DNA of 64,000 bases, filler included, from Malassezia furfur (taxonomy: Eukaryota): assembly GCA_052055015.1 (NCBI GenBank). It is 3 parts of 3 records of this genome, joined end to end, with 100 filler letters (N's around TTAATTAATTAA, not from the genome) between each part and the next. Parts side by side here need not be neighbours in the genome. Positions count along the whole stretch, not along the records: positions 1 to 24,530 come from JBQJIT010000142.1; 2 more parts are not named here. The stretch is one strand, 5' to 3'. Shown here piece after piece: positions 12,499 through 22,488 of the stretch. How positions within the stretch are numbered: the first letter of the stretch is position 1; the number at the start of each line of letters is the position of its first letter. The notes below the pieces were generated by a model that was not told the DNA's origin, did no database searches, and worked only from the letters and a program-made list of their open reading frames with translations. The position numbers and the translations under genes were made by a program.

Positions 12499-12557
12499 CG
12501 ACGTGTCGTGCGACCCACGATCGGGGCCCCGATCGTTTTTTTCGGCGCACGTCCAGC

Positions 12558-14146
12558 ATGGCCGATTTTTACGTGCAAGCGGGCCGTGCGCTGCAGGACA
12601 TCCTGGCGCGCCGCGGCTCCATCAAGGCCATCACCGCCAAGGTGGGCGAAGGAGAGGATGATGCGCGTGCAGCAGGCAACGCTAAGCGCATCTTGGCACT
12701 CGTTGTGAACACACTCTCGTTCCGGACGACGCTGCAGACCATCCTCGCCAAGGTGGACGTCGCGGCGCGCGAACCCAGGTGGTTCGGACCAGGGAGCCCG
12801 CTGAACCGCACAAAAGGCGCCCTACCGCCTCCTGCCCCCACGCTTGCCTCGTGCATTTTGCTCGTGCTTATGCATGACCTGTTGTTTGCCTCACGCGGCA
12901 TCCAGGCCGCCAAGGCCTGGCCGCCGCGCGAGCGGCTCGAGCGACACCGGTCCCAGCTTCATGCGGAGCTTGTGCGTATCCAGCTGCGGATGGGCAAGTC
13001 ACATCCAGAGGAGCTGCGCAGCGGCGCCGAGGAGCGCCGCATCGCTGCTCGTATACCCCGCTGGTGCCGTGTGAATACGCTACGTGCGACGCCGGACACG
13101 GTCATACAAATGTTGACAGAGCAGGGGTGGACCTTGGAGGAGACAAACACCATTGCGAAAGAGTACGTTCAAAGCTAATGCAGGTCGGTGTTCGTGCGAT
13201 CGCGCCATGTGGACCACGTCTTTGCGTTCCACCCTGGGGCAACGGCGCGTCTGATGCAAACGGAGCTGTACAAGAATGGCACGCTGATCCTGCAGGACCT
13301 CGCAAGTTGCTTTCCTGCCGCGGTGCTTGATCCGCTGCGTGATGGGGCAGCTGAAGTGACGGCGATGGACGCGACGTCTGCGCCCGGGAACAAGACAAGC
13401 CACCTGAGTGCGCTGATGCAGGGCCGCGGATCGGTGTGTGGATGAGACTGATGCAGTTAACGGCTTTGGAACGTGCACCACAGCGTTATGCAACGCTCGT
13501 GCGGATGTTGAGCCGTGCGGGGTGCCTTGCGCGCGAGCATGGCAATGTGCATCCAAAGAAACTGGATTTTCTCTCTTTGGCACCGGCCGAGCAAAGCGCG
13601 ATTCAGTACATGCTGTTGGATCCCAGCTGCTCTGGCAGCGGAATCGTGAATCGCTTGGACTATCTTTCAGGAAAGGACGACGAGCAGGACAACGTGGAAG
13701 AGGTGGACCCCATCGAAAAGGGCAGTGCGCTTGCGACTCGACTCGCCAACTTGGCCTCGCTCCAGGAGCACATGATCCGGCACGCGATGACGTTCCCTGG
13801 CCTCGAGCGCTTTACGTACTCGACGTGCTCGATCCATGAGGAGGAGAACGAGGCGGTGGTATGCCAGGTGCTCGCGTCGGACGAAGCGAAGCAAGGGCGC
13901 TGGCGCCTAGCACCGCGCTCCGACGTGCTGCCGACATGGCCCGAGCGCGGCCGGCCTGCGGCGTGTGGGGGTGACGAAACCCGTGCAGAGTCCATGGTGC
14001 GGTGTACGCCTGGAGGGGCAGTCGATGTTCCACCCGGTACCGTGCACGTCGAGGCCTCTAATGGGTTCTTTGTATGCTGCTTTGTGCGCGCCCCGAGCGA
14101 GCCACGCAAGAAAAAGGCCAAGCGCGCCAAGGCGGTGTCTAGCTAG
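12558..14146 (+). CDS. RCM1: 25S rRNA cytosine-C5 methyltransferase (NSUN5/Rcm1)
   Basis: [51 protein letters not shown]. Introns at 13163-13183 (21 nt) and 13434-13456 (23 nt). Confidence 0.9.
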
Positions 14147-15981
14147 GCGTAGGCTACCGACTCTTCGATCCACGCCCCTATGCGGCGCACTTCGACCATT
14201 CCTGTACCGGCTGGGAGGGCAGCGGTCGGCGAATGCACCGTACCGAGCCATGTTGTCTCGTCTCCTAGCGAAAATAGCTCATACCCCTCGGACGAGAATA
14301 CGGGCCACTGCATGGTATCGGCTGTACGCGTCGCCTCATACACCTCGTCGGCTGGCGCCGCCTCGACATCGATCTGCCCAATGCGCAGGTTGACGGCTGC
14401 GCCCGTCTGCGCGGCAAATCCGAAGTGCACAACACCCGCTGGCAGTGCAGTACGGGCCGTGTAGCGACGCCATCCATTCGGCCCAGACTCCTCCTCGGTC
14501 GTCAGAAGTGTCACGGTGGGGGAAAGGAGGCATGCACGCACGGGCACAGCGCCATACGCATATATACGCACCGTAGCCTCTTTATACGCGTTCGGCACGT
14601 CGAGGGCTAGCAGAGGCATACACAATGTCCTTGCGTCGCCCGGAAGAGACACATGGAGTGCTATGTTGCCACTCCATGGAGCGGGCACCAGCGACGTTGT
14701 AATGTGTGTGTCGATGCGCTCACCCTGTGCATCGCACACGTACTGCACACTCGGCCACGCAAGATCGGGTTTGGGCGCACTGACGCTCTCGTCCGTCCAC
14801 GCGCCCGCATCAACCTGCGCGCCTCGCACGAACCACGCATGGCCCGCACCGATCGCAAAGTTGGTCCGGAACTGCCCACGAAAGTGCACAGGCTGCGGCG
14901 TGAAGTGCCGCGCAATTGCGTGGGGGCCTTCGAGCCACAGCCGGCAGTCGTCGGCCCACCAGTCATCCCATGTCCGTGCGCCTTGTCGCGGAGCGTTGTG
15001 CTCCCACGTCCAGCCTGGTGCAAAGAGCGCGACGCTGAGGCCAAGGCACTGTGCATCATCGCGTGCGCGCCCTGGCCCGATCATCTCGAGCGCCTTCCAG
15101 GTGTCGTGCCCACCGAAACAGTTGCGTCCAAACACGTCGATCCCCGTGTAGACGTCGGAGCGCGCAAACTTGAGGGCATCAGCCGCACGCGCACTGGCCT
15201 GCAATGCCGCGTGCGGCTTTGTGTAATCGCAGTCCTGGCCGACCCACGTATAGTTGGTGAATCCGGCGTGGGCGGCACGGAAGAAGGGCGCATTGGCGGG
15301 GCTCAGTATGTCTTGCCATGCAAGTTGGCCATGGGGGTAGGTCACCGAGTCGTACCAGACGACATGCCAGTGTGGAAGCCGGCGCGCACCCTCGGAGCGC
15401 AGGTATGCCACCCATTGCCGTAGCCGTGCGGCATTATGCATCGCATCCGACTTACGCAGGTAGACATTGTCGCCCTCACGCACGTCGAGCGACACTTCGA
15501 CATTGATGAGATAGCCGTCGAATCCCCGCTCGGCCGCGAGGTCAATGAGCGCATCCGCATAGTGATGCGACAAAGGCTCGCGGATGTGTGCACGCTGCGG
15601 GCTGGGGCCGTCGAGTAGGCGACGCAAATCCGGGCGCGCCTCATCCCACTCGAAAATGAGCGTGCCAAGGATATGAGTTCCGTGGCGATGAGCAGCGAAT
15701 ACATAGGCATCCGGCGGCGGAGACACGCGCTGATGCGAAAAGTACACAAAAACGTCAGTGTAGGCCCAGTGCTCAAATGTGTAGCCCTGGGCGTGTGCGT
15801 CTTCCGCATAGCCGCCCTGGAAGTCGTGGCAGACGAGCAGGCGCGGGCGGTCGCCAAGAGTGCGCAGGGGCACAGCGGGCGGCCGTGGTGCCCGCTGCAC
15901 CTCGGCGTGCACCGCGTCGAGTGCCGCGAGGCTCGTGTAGTGCACCGCGCGACCCACGCACGGCAGATGCACAGACGGCAT
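14143..15981 (-). CDS. GH85 endo-beta-N-acetylglucosaminidase (cytosolic ENGase)
   Basis: LLVCHDFQGGY, FVYFSH, GFDGYLINVE (catalytic NxE), WYDSV, FTNYTW, GIDVFGR, SVALFAPGW. No signal peptide. Confidence 0.9.
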   Translation of the reverse strand: MPSVHLPCVGRAVHYTSLAALDAVHAEVQRAPRPPAVPLRTLGDRPRLLVCHDFQGGYAEDAHAQGYTFEHWAYTDVFVYFSHQRVSPPPDAYVFAAHRHGTHILGTLIFEWDEARPDLRRLLDGPSPQRAHIREPLSHHYADALIDLAAERGFDGYLINVEVSLDVREGDNVYLRKSDAMHNAARLRQWVAYLRSEGARRLPHWHVVWYDSVTYPHGQLAWQDILSPANAPFFRAAHAGFTNYTWVGQDCDYTKPHAALQASARAADALKFARSDVYTGIDVFGRNCFGGHDTWKALEMIGPGRARDDAQCLGLSVALFAPGWTWEHNAPRQGARTWDDWWADDCRLWLEGPHAIARHFTPQPVHFRGQFRTNFAIGAGHAWFVRGAQVDAGAWTDESVSAPKPDLAWPSVQYVCDAQGERIDTHITTSLVPAPWSGNIALHVSLPGDARTLCMPLLALDVPNAYKEATVRIYAYGAVPVRACLLSPTVTLLTTEEESGPNGWRRYTARTALPAGVVHFGFAAQTGAAVNLRIGQIDVEAAPADEVYEATRTADTMQWPVFSSEGYELFSLGDETTWLGTVHSPTAALPAGTGMVEVRRIGAWIEESVAYA

Positions 15982-16025
15982 TCGGAGGACGCGTCAGATG
16001 CAGGGGCCTACCTCCACTATGTATG

Positions 16026-18023
16026 TTAGGCATAGCCGGCGCCTGAGCGCTGCTTGGTGCGCTTGTTGCCCTTGTGGTGTTTCTTGGAGCTGCCCTTGAG
16101 CGTCTCGCTCACTGTCCCATCCGGGTTGACACGACCGACACCAGGCAGATGACGGCGGCCCATGATCTTCATCGCCGCCGACGGACCGCCACCAAAGAAG
16201 GCGTTGTCGACCGAGCCCGTCTTGGACTGCGCCGAGGTCACCGGTCGGTCACGGGGGTCCGCAGCGGGCTCGGGTTGTGCGTGGATGCGCCGACCTGCGT
16301 AATGCGCGCGAATCTGATCGCGCGATGCGGCGTTGAAGTCGTCCGCATCCACGCCAGGCGGCGGGTGCGCAAACAGCAAGCGCGCATTGTTGTAGTCCTT
16401 GAGTACATAGCGCGCCGCGCGCGACTCGTCCGGGTTGCCCTGGCCCTGCCGCACAAAGCCACGCGCAACCGCGTACGCAGACAACACCTCTAGCCCACTT
16501 GGGACACCCGTGCCACCCTCGTCCTCGCTGACCGTGGGGATATGGATGTTGTACACCGCCTCAATGATGTCCTTGGGGATGCGCTGCGCCACCAGCTCGG
16601 CCGGGCCCGTGTACTCGCGCATCTGGTCGATAGGCAAAATGCCATCGCACACGAGGTCCGCGGGCGTCGTCGTGAACTGCGGGAACACCAGACCGGGGCA
16701 GTCGCACAGGATCGTCGTGGGCGACAGATGAATGGTCTGGAAGTGCTTTGTCTTGCCGGGCGTGGCGCTCACCGACACCTTCTTCTCGCCCAGCAGCGCA
16801 TTGATGGTCGACGACTTACCCACGTTGGGGTAGCCCACCAAGCCCACGGTGAGCTTCTCGGGCACACCAGGGTCCTCGGCGCTGGCGTCGCGCGCAAACA
16901 GGGACAGGTCCGGCGCCACCTCCACAAACAGATCCTCGAGCTCGAGCACGTTGAGGATGTGCGCCGGGTCGCGTTCCGCAAGCGAGAGCGTGTGCACCGG
17001 CGCAGCTTCTGCGGGGTCCTTCGCGGCTTCTGCGCCATCCTCGGCGCCGGGGGCAGCGGCCGCCGCATCGCCAGCGTCCAGGGTAGGCGCCTCGCTTCGG
17101 GACCCCTCTTCGCCCTCAGCCACCTCGTCCGTTGCATCTGCTGCATCTCCGTCGTGGTTCGCGTGGGCCTCTTCCTCCTTGGCGGCCGCAAACTGCGCGT
17201 CACGCTGCGCCTTGGCAAGTTGCTTGGCAGCTTCATCCGCAGCGCTAAAGAAGGCAAAGGTCACGCCCAGCTCGGTAAAGTAGCAGGCCCATGCGCGGCG
17301 CTGGTCCTCGGTGAGCAGGTCGGCCTTGTTGATCAGTAGCAGCGTCTTGCGCGGCCCACGGAAGCTCGGGTCGTCGGCGACGGCGGCCGTGTCGGCCGGG
17401 TTGGCGGGTATCGACGCAACGTAGCGTTCCAAATCCTCACAACGGAAGCGCAGCGGGTTCCGAGCATCCACAATCTGCACGAGCAGCTGGCTGCGCTCCA
17501 CAACACGCCACAACTGCCGCCAGACCTCGATATTGCGCTCGAACGGCGTAAGTACCAGCCCGATCCCGTCCTGGAGCTCAGCCAGGCCGCGGCGCCACTC
17601 TAGGAACGAGTCCTTTTCCTTGCGCTCGAGCTGGGCGGGCGTCGTGTGCGCATCCCACGGCGGGCGGCGCGGCACGCGCAGACGGTCGCGATTCTGGCGG
17701 TGCGACTGCAGCACCTTGGCCTCCTGCTGCGACGTCAACAGGTACGGGTTGTGCCGCGTGCGCGAGTCATTCGGCGTCGAGATCACCTGGATATTGTTAC
17801 GGCGCTCAGCGGTAAAGTCGGCGTCGGCCATCTCGGCGGTGTTGAGGAAATCTTCCAGGTCGCCCTCGTGTGTGACCGAGTGCAGCCGCATGTTCTTCCC
17901 ACGCCCGATGTGCGTGTCCGTGGTGTGGTACTCGGAGTTATGGGGCTCGCGCGCCTCCTTCGCGCGCCGGTTTAGGATCGCATGTCCCAAACCGACGCGG
18001 TTCTTCGATACGGGCATCGGCAT
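16026..18023 (-). CDS. LSG1: Large-subunit circularly permuted GTPase Lsg1
   Basis: LTPFERNIEVWRQLWRVVERS, NKADLL, GYPNVGKSS, TPGKTKHFQT, DCPGL. Start at ATG 18023 (or 18017); the ORF extension to 18557 is antisense to UTP25. Confidence 0.95.
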   Translation of the reverse strand: MPMPVSKNRVGLGHAILNRRAKEAREPHNSEYHTTDTHIGRGKNMRLHSVTHEGDLEDFLNTAEMADADFTAERRNNIQVISTPNDSRTRHNPYLLTSQQEAKVLQSHRQNRDRLRVPRRPPWDAHTTPAQLERKEKDSFLEWRRGLAELQDGIGLVLTPFERNIEVWRQLWRVVERSQLLVQIVDARNPLRFRCEDLERYVASIPANPADTAAVADDPSFRGPRKTLLLINKADLLTEDQRRAWACYFTELGVTFAFFSAADEAAKQLAKAQRDAQFAAAKEEEAHANHDGDAADATDEVAEGEEGSRSEAPTLDAGDAAAAAPGAEDGAEAAKDPAEAAPVHTLSLAERDPAHILNVLELEDLFVEVAPDLSLFARDASAEDPGVPEKLTVGLVGYPNVGKSSTINALLGEKKVSVSATPGKTKHFQTIHLSPTTILCDCPGLVFPQFTTTPADLVCDGILPIDQMREYTGPAELVAQRIPKDIIEAVYNIHIPTVSEDEGGTGVPSGLEVLSAYAVARGFVRQGQGNPDESRAARYVLKDYNNARLLFAHPPPGVDADDFNAASRDQIRAHYAGRRIHAQPEPAADPRDRPVTSAQSKTGSVDNAFFGGGPSAAMKIMGRRHLPGVGRVNPDGTVSETLKGSSKKHHKGNKRTKQRSGAGYA

Positions 18024-18072
18024 CTTGTGGCAAGACGTCGACGTCGTCGGACGAATCACGTGTGGAGGTCTC

Positions 18073-18081
18073 AAAATTTTT
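18073..18081. promoter_or_regulatory. RRPE-like AAAATTTTT element in the shared LSG1/UTP25 promoter
   Basis: AAAATTTTT in a 71-bp divergent spacer between two ribosome-biogenesis genes. The same motif occurs upstream of BMS1 (38640-38648). Confidence 0.45.
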
Positions 18082-18094
18082 GCCATCGGCCAGC

Positions 18095-20085
18095 ATGGGG
18101 TCGGACAACCGGGCGCATGTGCGCCTACAGACCTTGCTGAACGTCTCTGCGACACACCTGCGGCACGGTGATGACCAGGAGCGGAGCGCAAAGCGTATGC
18201 GTATCTCGAGCCGCCCTGCGCCCTCCGTGCCCTCTGTCGAGAAGCGCACGGAGCGCGCACCCGCGCCGCAGGAACCGACAGCCACGGTCGACGAGCCGCA
18301 GGCCGCTGACGACTCGGACGACGAGGCGGCCAGTGACATCGCCGACGCGTTTCATACCCACTTTGGCGCCGAAAGTGCCGATCTCGCCGGCATTGATACG
18401 CGCGACATCCACTGGACTGCGCCCGAGCACGTCTCAGTGCTGGGCGGCGCGTCGGTGGTGCGCGCCGTGCGGCCGAAACAAAACGACGCCGCGGCACGGG
18501 TACGTTGCTTGTTCTTACACAGCCCCATGCACGCATCTGGAACGCGTTCAAGGCCAAGTATGGGCCGGTGTCGACCGCGCACCGCGAGTGGATCGACCTG
18601 GTAGGGCGTTACGTCGACGTGTGGGACGCGCGGGTCGCGCTCGACGAGCACGATGGGCTGCGCTCGGTGCTCTCGATGCACGCCATGAGCCATGTGGCGC
18701 GCACACGCCAGCGCATCCTCAAAGACAACGAGCGCCTAGCCAAGGCGGCGGCCGCCGCCAAGGCCGACGGCCATGACGACGAGCTGCCTGAGCTGCGCGA
18801 CCAGGGCTTCACGCGCCCCAAGGTACTGCTTCTTGTGCCCTTCCGCAACACGGCAAAGGCGTGGGTGCAGCGTCTGATCAACGTGTCGGGGTGCGACCAG
18901 GTGGAGCACAAGTCGCGCTTCCAGACCGAGTTTTCGCTCCCGCCCAACGCCGTGGACAAGCTGGCAGACCCGCAGTTTGCGTCACACTACCCCGCAGACC
19001 ACCGCAAGACGTTTGCGGGCAACATTGACGACAATTTCAAATTGGGCGTGAAGCTTACGCGCAAGACGCTCAAGCTGTACAGTGCGTTTTTCGAGAGCGA
19101 CGTGATCGTTGCGAGTCCCCTGGGCCTTCGCCTGCTGATCGAAAAGGAACAGTACGTCCCCACGCACTTACACAGCGAATCCGACTATCTCTCGTCGATA
19201 GAGATGGTATTGGTCGACCAAATGGACGTGATGCTCATGCAAAACTGGGACCATGTCAAGGTACGCCGCGCCGTCCTCACACAGTTTGTGCTTGAGCGCC
19301 TGAATGCCATCCCGAAGCAGGCGCACGATACCGACTTCTCGCGCGTGAAGCCGTGGTACTTGGACGACCAGGCGAAAAACCTGCGGCAGTCGATCTTGCT
19401 CTCGTCGTTCGACGCGCCTGAATTCCGCACCCTGTTCCACCATTTGCAAAACGTCGCCGGGCGCGTGCGCACCGTCGCGGCTGTCACTGCGGAGGACGCG
19501 ACGATCGCGTCCGTCGTGCCCGGCGTGCGCCAAACCTTCCAGCGGTTCGAGTGCGCCAACGCTCAGGGCGAGGCCGACGCGCGCCTCCACCTGTTTGTGC
19601 AAAAGACATTGCCGCACCTCGAGCGGTCGGCGGTGAGTGCGACGCATACCATGATCGTCATTCCGTCGTACTTTGACTTTGTCCGCGTCGAGGATCACTT
19701 CCGCAAGGCTGGTACGCTGACGTACGCAACGCTCTCCGAGTACTCCTCGAACAAGGATGTGTCGCGTGCGCGGCAGTCGTTCTTTGCCGGCAAAAAGAGC
19801 TTTTTGCTGGTTACCGAGCGCTTCCACTTTTATCGGCGGTACATGCTGCGTGGTGCGCGCACGATTGTGTTTTACGCGCCGCCGGAGCATGCATCGTACT
19901 ACCCCGAACTGATCAATGCTGCCCTGAGCCAGCGCAGCGACGACGACGAGGTGCCGGACCCGAGCGAAATCGGCGTCCAGGTGCTGTACTGCAAGTACGA
20001 CTTGCTCCGCCTCGAGCGCCTCGTCGGCTCCGCGCAGGCGCGCCGGATGGTCACCGACGCACGCGCCTCGTGGCGGTTTACGTAG
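18095..20085 (+). CDS. UTP25: U3 snoRNA-associated protein 25 (DUF1253)
   Basis: RDQGFTRPKVLLLVPFR, GNIDDNFKLG, ASPLGLR, DYLSSIE, MQNWDH, TERFHFYRRY. Introns at 18500-18522 (23 nt), 19152-19175 (24 nt, in-frame) and 19261-19284 (24 nt, in-frame). Confidence 0.93.
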
Positions 20086-20091
20086 GTATCT

Positions 20092-22242
20092 CTATAGGGT
20101 ATCCTTGGCGGCCAACGCCTCCCAGCGCCCGCGCACGTCGGACGGCAGCACGTGGAGTGGAAAGCGCGCAACGAGGCGCTGCGCAGCCTCACGCCCGCCC
20201 CACGCGTCCGCATCGACCGCGATCGGCCAGAGCACCTCGCCAAGCAGACGATCGGCTAGGGTGTCGTACGCGCCGCGCTCGCTTGCGCTCCAGGGCAGCG
20301 CCTCGGCGCCGTGGTAGTACACACCCCACCGCCCGAGGTTGAGCGCGAGCGTCGTCACCTCGCGCGCGACCAACGCCCGCGCGGCGGGCACATCGGGATG
20401 CATCGGCGCACCCGGCGCCGTGCGCGGCGCACGCAGCGCCGTGGCGAGCAGCTCGACGTGCGTCGCAAACGGCGCCAAGAACGCGCGGACCAGTGACTGG
20501 AAGCGCCAGCCGGTCGGATCGATCAAGTACGACACCTGCTCGATGAGCGCAAGCGCCGACGCCGTTTCGACCTCGCTCCACACGTCGTATGCCTGCTCGG
20601 CGACGGCGACAAGGCGGGGGACGACCACGTTGGAGACGAGCGTCGCGCTCGCCTCGCTGTCCCCGCCGCGTGCCTTCTGCGCATCGCGTGGGTCGGCGTC
20701 GACGTATGTGGTGATCTCGTGCTCAAACGCAAAGCCCTCGAGGCCGGCACGCGGGCCTTGGAGGCATACCTCCGTCTCGCCCGGTATGCGATTCGTGCAC
20801 CACAGCGGGTCCCACTGCACTAGTTCGTAGCGCGCGAAAAATTCCCATGCGTTGGCAAGTGCCAAGCCACCCCACGCCAAGTCGTACTCGGCGGGGTAGG
20901 TGGTGCGCCACGCGTGGAAACGTGCCGCCAGCGAACGCGGGTGCCATGAGCCCGTGTCGTCGGCCGCGAGCGGGCTACGAAACTCGGGCGCGTGCGTGTC
21001 GCGCAAGAGGCTAGCGACGTTTTCGGCAAGCTCGGTGCGCCCGGTCAAGAAAAGCTGCCGCTCGGCGGGTGCAAGGCGCTGGTCACTCGTGTCCGGCACG
21101 GCGTCCCACAGCGCGCGCCGTGCCATGCGCACGGGCGACGTCCCGTCACCGTCTGCATGCATCGGTCGGCGCTCATCGTCGCCGTGGGGCAGCCACAGCG
21201 TGGCGTCCGACACTCCGTGGAAAAGCGCCAAGGCGTCTTCAAGCGCGAGCGACCGCGCGCGCTGCCGCGACACCTTGCGGTCAACGAGTAGGCCCAGTGC
21301 ATTGTGTTCGAGCGTGTCAAGTAGGGGCAGTTTAACGTCCAGAAATGCCGCAAACGTCTCGACAAATGCGTCCAGCTCAGCAAACCACGCCGATTTGGCC
21401 TCGGCGGCCTCGACAGAACGCTTGAGTGCCGCCTCGTCCTGCTCAAGTGCATCGAGCGCGCGTTGCGTCGCGTCGCGGTGCTCTTGCTCTTCAGTAGCAC
21501 GCGCATCGAGCGTGGTGATCTGCGCCTGCAGACGTGCCAGGCACGACGTGGGCGTCGGCACCGGCGCCGTGAGCGGCACTGGCGCCGCGCGGTGCGGCGA
21601 TGGCGCGCGTTCCTCGCGCTCGACGCGCATACCAGGCATATCCATGCGGCTAAGCTGTGCCTGCTCCCATGCCTCTTGCTCCTCGCGCTCCTCAGGGTCC
21701 TCGTCCCGCACCAGCACTATGTCGGTATCCATCGGCATAGGCTCATGGATCGTCATGGATGCGGTGTCCGACGGCGCGCTCGGTGCGGCGCGGCGCGGCG
21801 GCTCACGCACGACGATTGCAATGTCCTCCTCCTCATCCGGGGCGCCCGTCGCTTCAGCAATCAGACTGCGCATCTGCCGACGCTGCTCCTGCTTCTGACG
21901 TCGCTCGGCATCACGGCCAAGTGGGATACGCTCCGTCGCACCCGTGTACTCGGCATGTTCGTCCTCACCGCTTCCAAGGTCGTCTTCCTCGCGCTGCAGT
22001 CCTGAGTATGGATGTGGGCCCTGGTAGGCGTCCGCAGCGGTGGTCATGGCGCGCGACGCGGCGCGGGGGGCGCTGAGGGGGATGAAATCCTCCTCCTCAT
22101 CGCCCTGGAGCGCGCGGACTGCCGCGCTCCGCTGCTCTGCGCGTTTTTTCTTCGCGGCTGCGATGGTGTCGGGCCCCGCGACGCCCGTATGATGGGTCTG
22201 GTCGCCATACCGGCTCTCGAGCAGCCGTGCGCGGTCGGCCAT
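20092..22242 (-). CDS. NTR2/GCFC-domain protein (GCFC2/PAXBP1-like spliceosome disassembly factor)
   Basis: EEDDLGSGEDEHAEYTGATERIPLG, WEQAQL, a coiled coil, and RFHAWRTTYPAEYDLAWGGL...WEFFARYELVQWDP, typical of the GCFC domain. Start at ATG 22242. Confidence 0.7.
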   Translation of the reverse strand: MADRARLLESRYGDQTHHTGVAGPDTIAAAKKKRAEQRSAAVRALQGDEEEDFIPLSAPRAASRAMTTAADAYQGPHPYSGLQREEDDLGSGEDEHAEYTGATERIPLGRDAERRQKQEQRRQMRSLIAEATGAPDEEEDIAIVVREPPRRAAPSAPSDTASMTIHEPMPMDTDIVLVRDEDPEEREEQEAWEQAQLSRMDMPGMRVEREERAPSPHRAAPVPLTAPVPTPTSCLARLQAQITTLDARATEEQEHRDATQRALDALEQDEAALKRSVEAAEAKSAWFAELDAFVETFAAFLDVKLPLLDTLEHNALGLLVDRKVSRQRARSLALEDALALFHGVSDATLWLPHGDDERRPMHADGDGTSPVRMARRALWDAVPDTSDQRLAPAERQLFLTGRTELAENVASLLRDTHAPEFRSPLAADDTGSWHPRSLAARFHAWRTTYPAEYDLAWGGLALANAWEFFARYELVQWDPLWCTNRIPGETEVCLQGPRAGLEGFAFEHEITTYVDADPRDAQKARGGDSEASATLVSNVVVPRLVAVAEQAYDVWSEVETASALALIEQVSYLIDPTGWRFQSLVRAFLAPFATHVELLATALRAPRTAPGAPMHPDVPAARALVAREVTTLALNLGRWGVYYHGAEALPWSASERGAYDTLADRLLGEVLWPIAVDADAWGGREAAQRLVARFPLHVLPSDVRGRWEALAAKDTL

Positions 22243-22488
22243 CGCGGCGGGTGCGTGGCCCTCCACCTTGGCCGAGGGGTCAGTGGACGCCACGTGACTA
22301 TGCGCCAAAGGGGCGCGCAGTGGCCAACGAGTGGGCCGTGTGGGTCGGCCTGCAGCTCCCTGCAGGGAACCGCATTCCTGGCAAATCGCAGTCCCGGGCG
22401 CGCGCGCCCTCGCAGGAGTCGCGATTTGCGTTCCGTGAGGGGGCTCCGTCAGGACCGTTTTCGCTCCTTCGTTCTCTGTCTCTCTCAG

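Noticed and set aside
7083..13456. Apparent frameshifts and premature stops in KEX2, ARG4, DnaJ and RCM1 as pseudogenes or recoding
   Set aside because: Each is resolved exactly by a consensus micro-intron. Only PSR1 lacks such an explanation.
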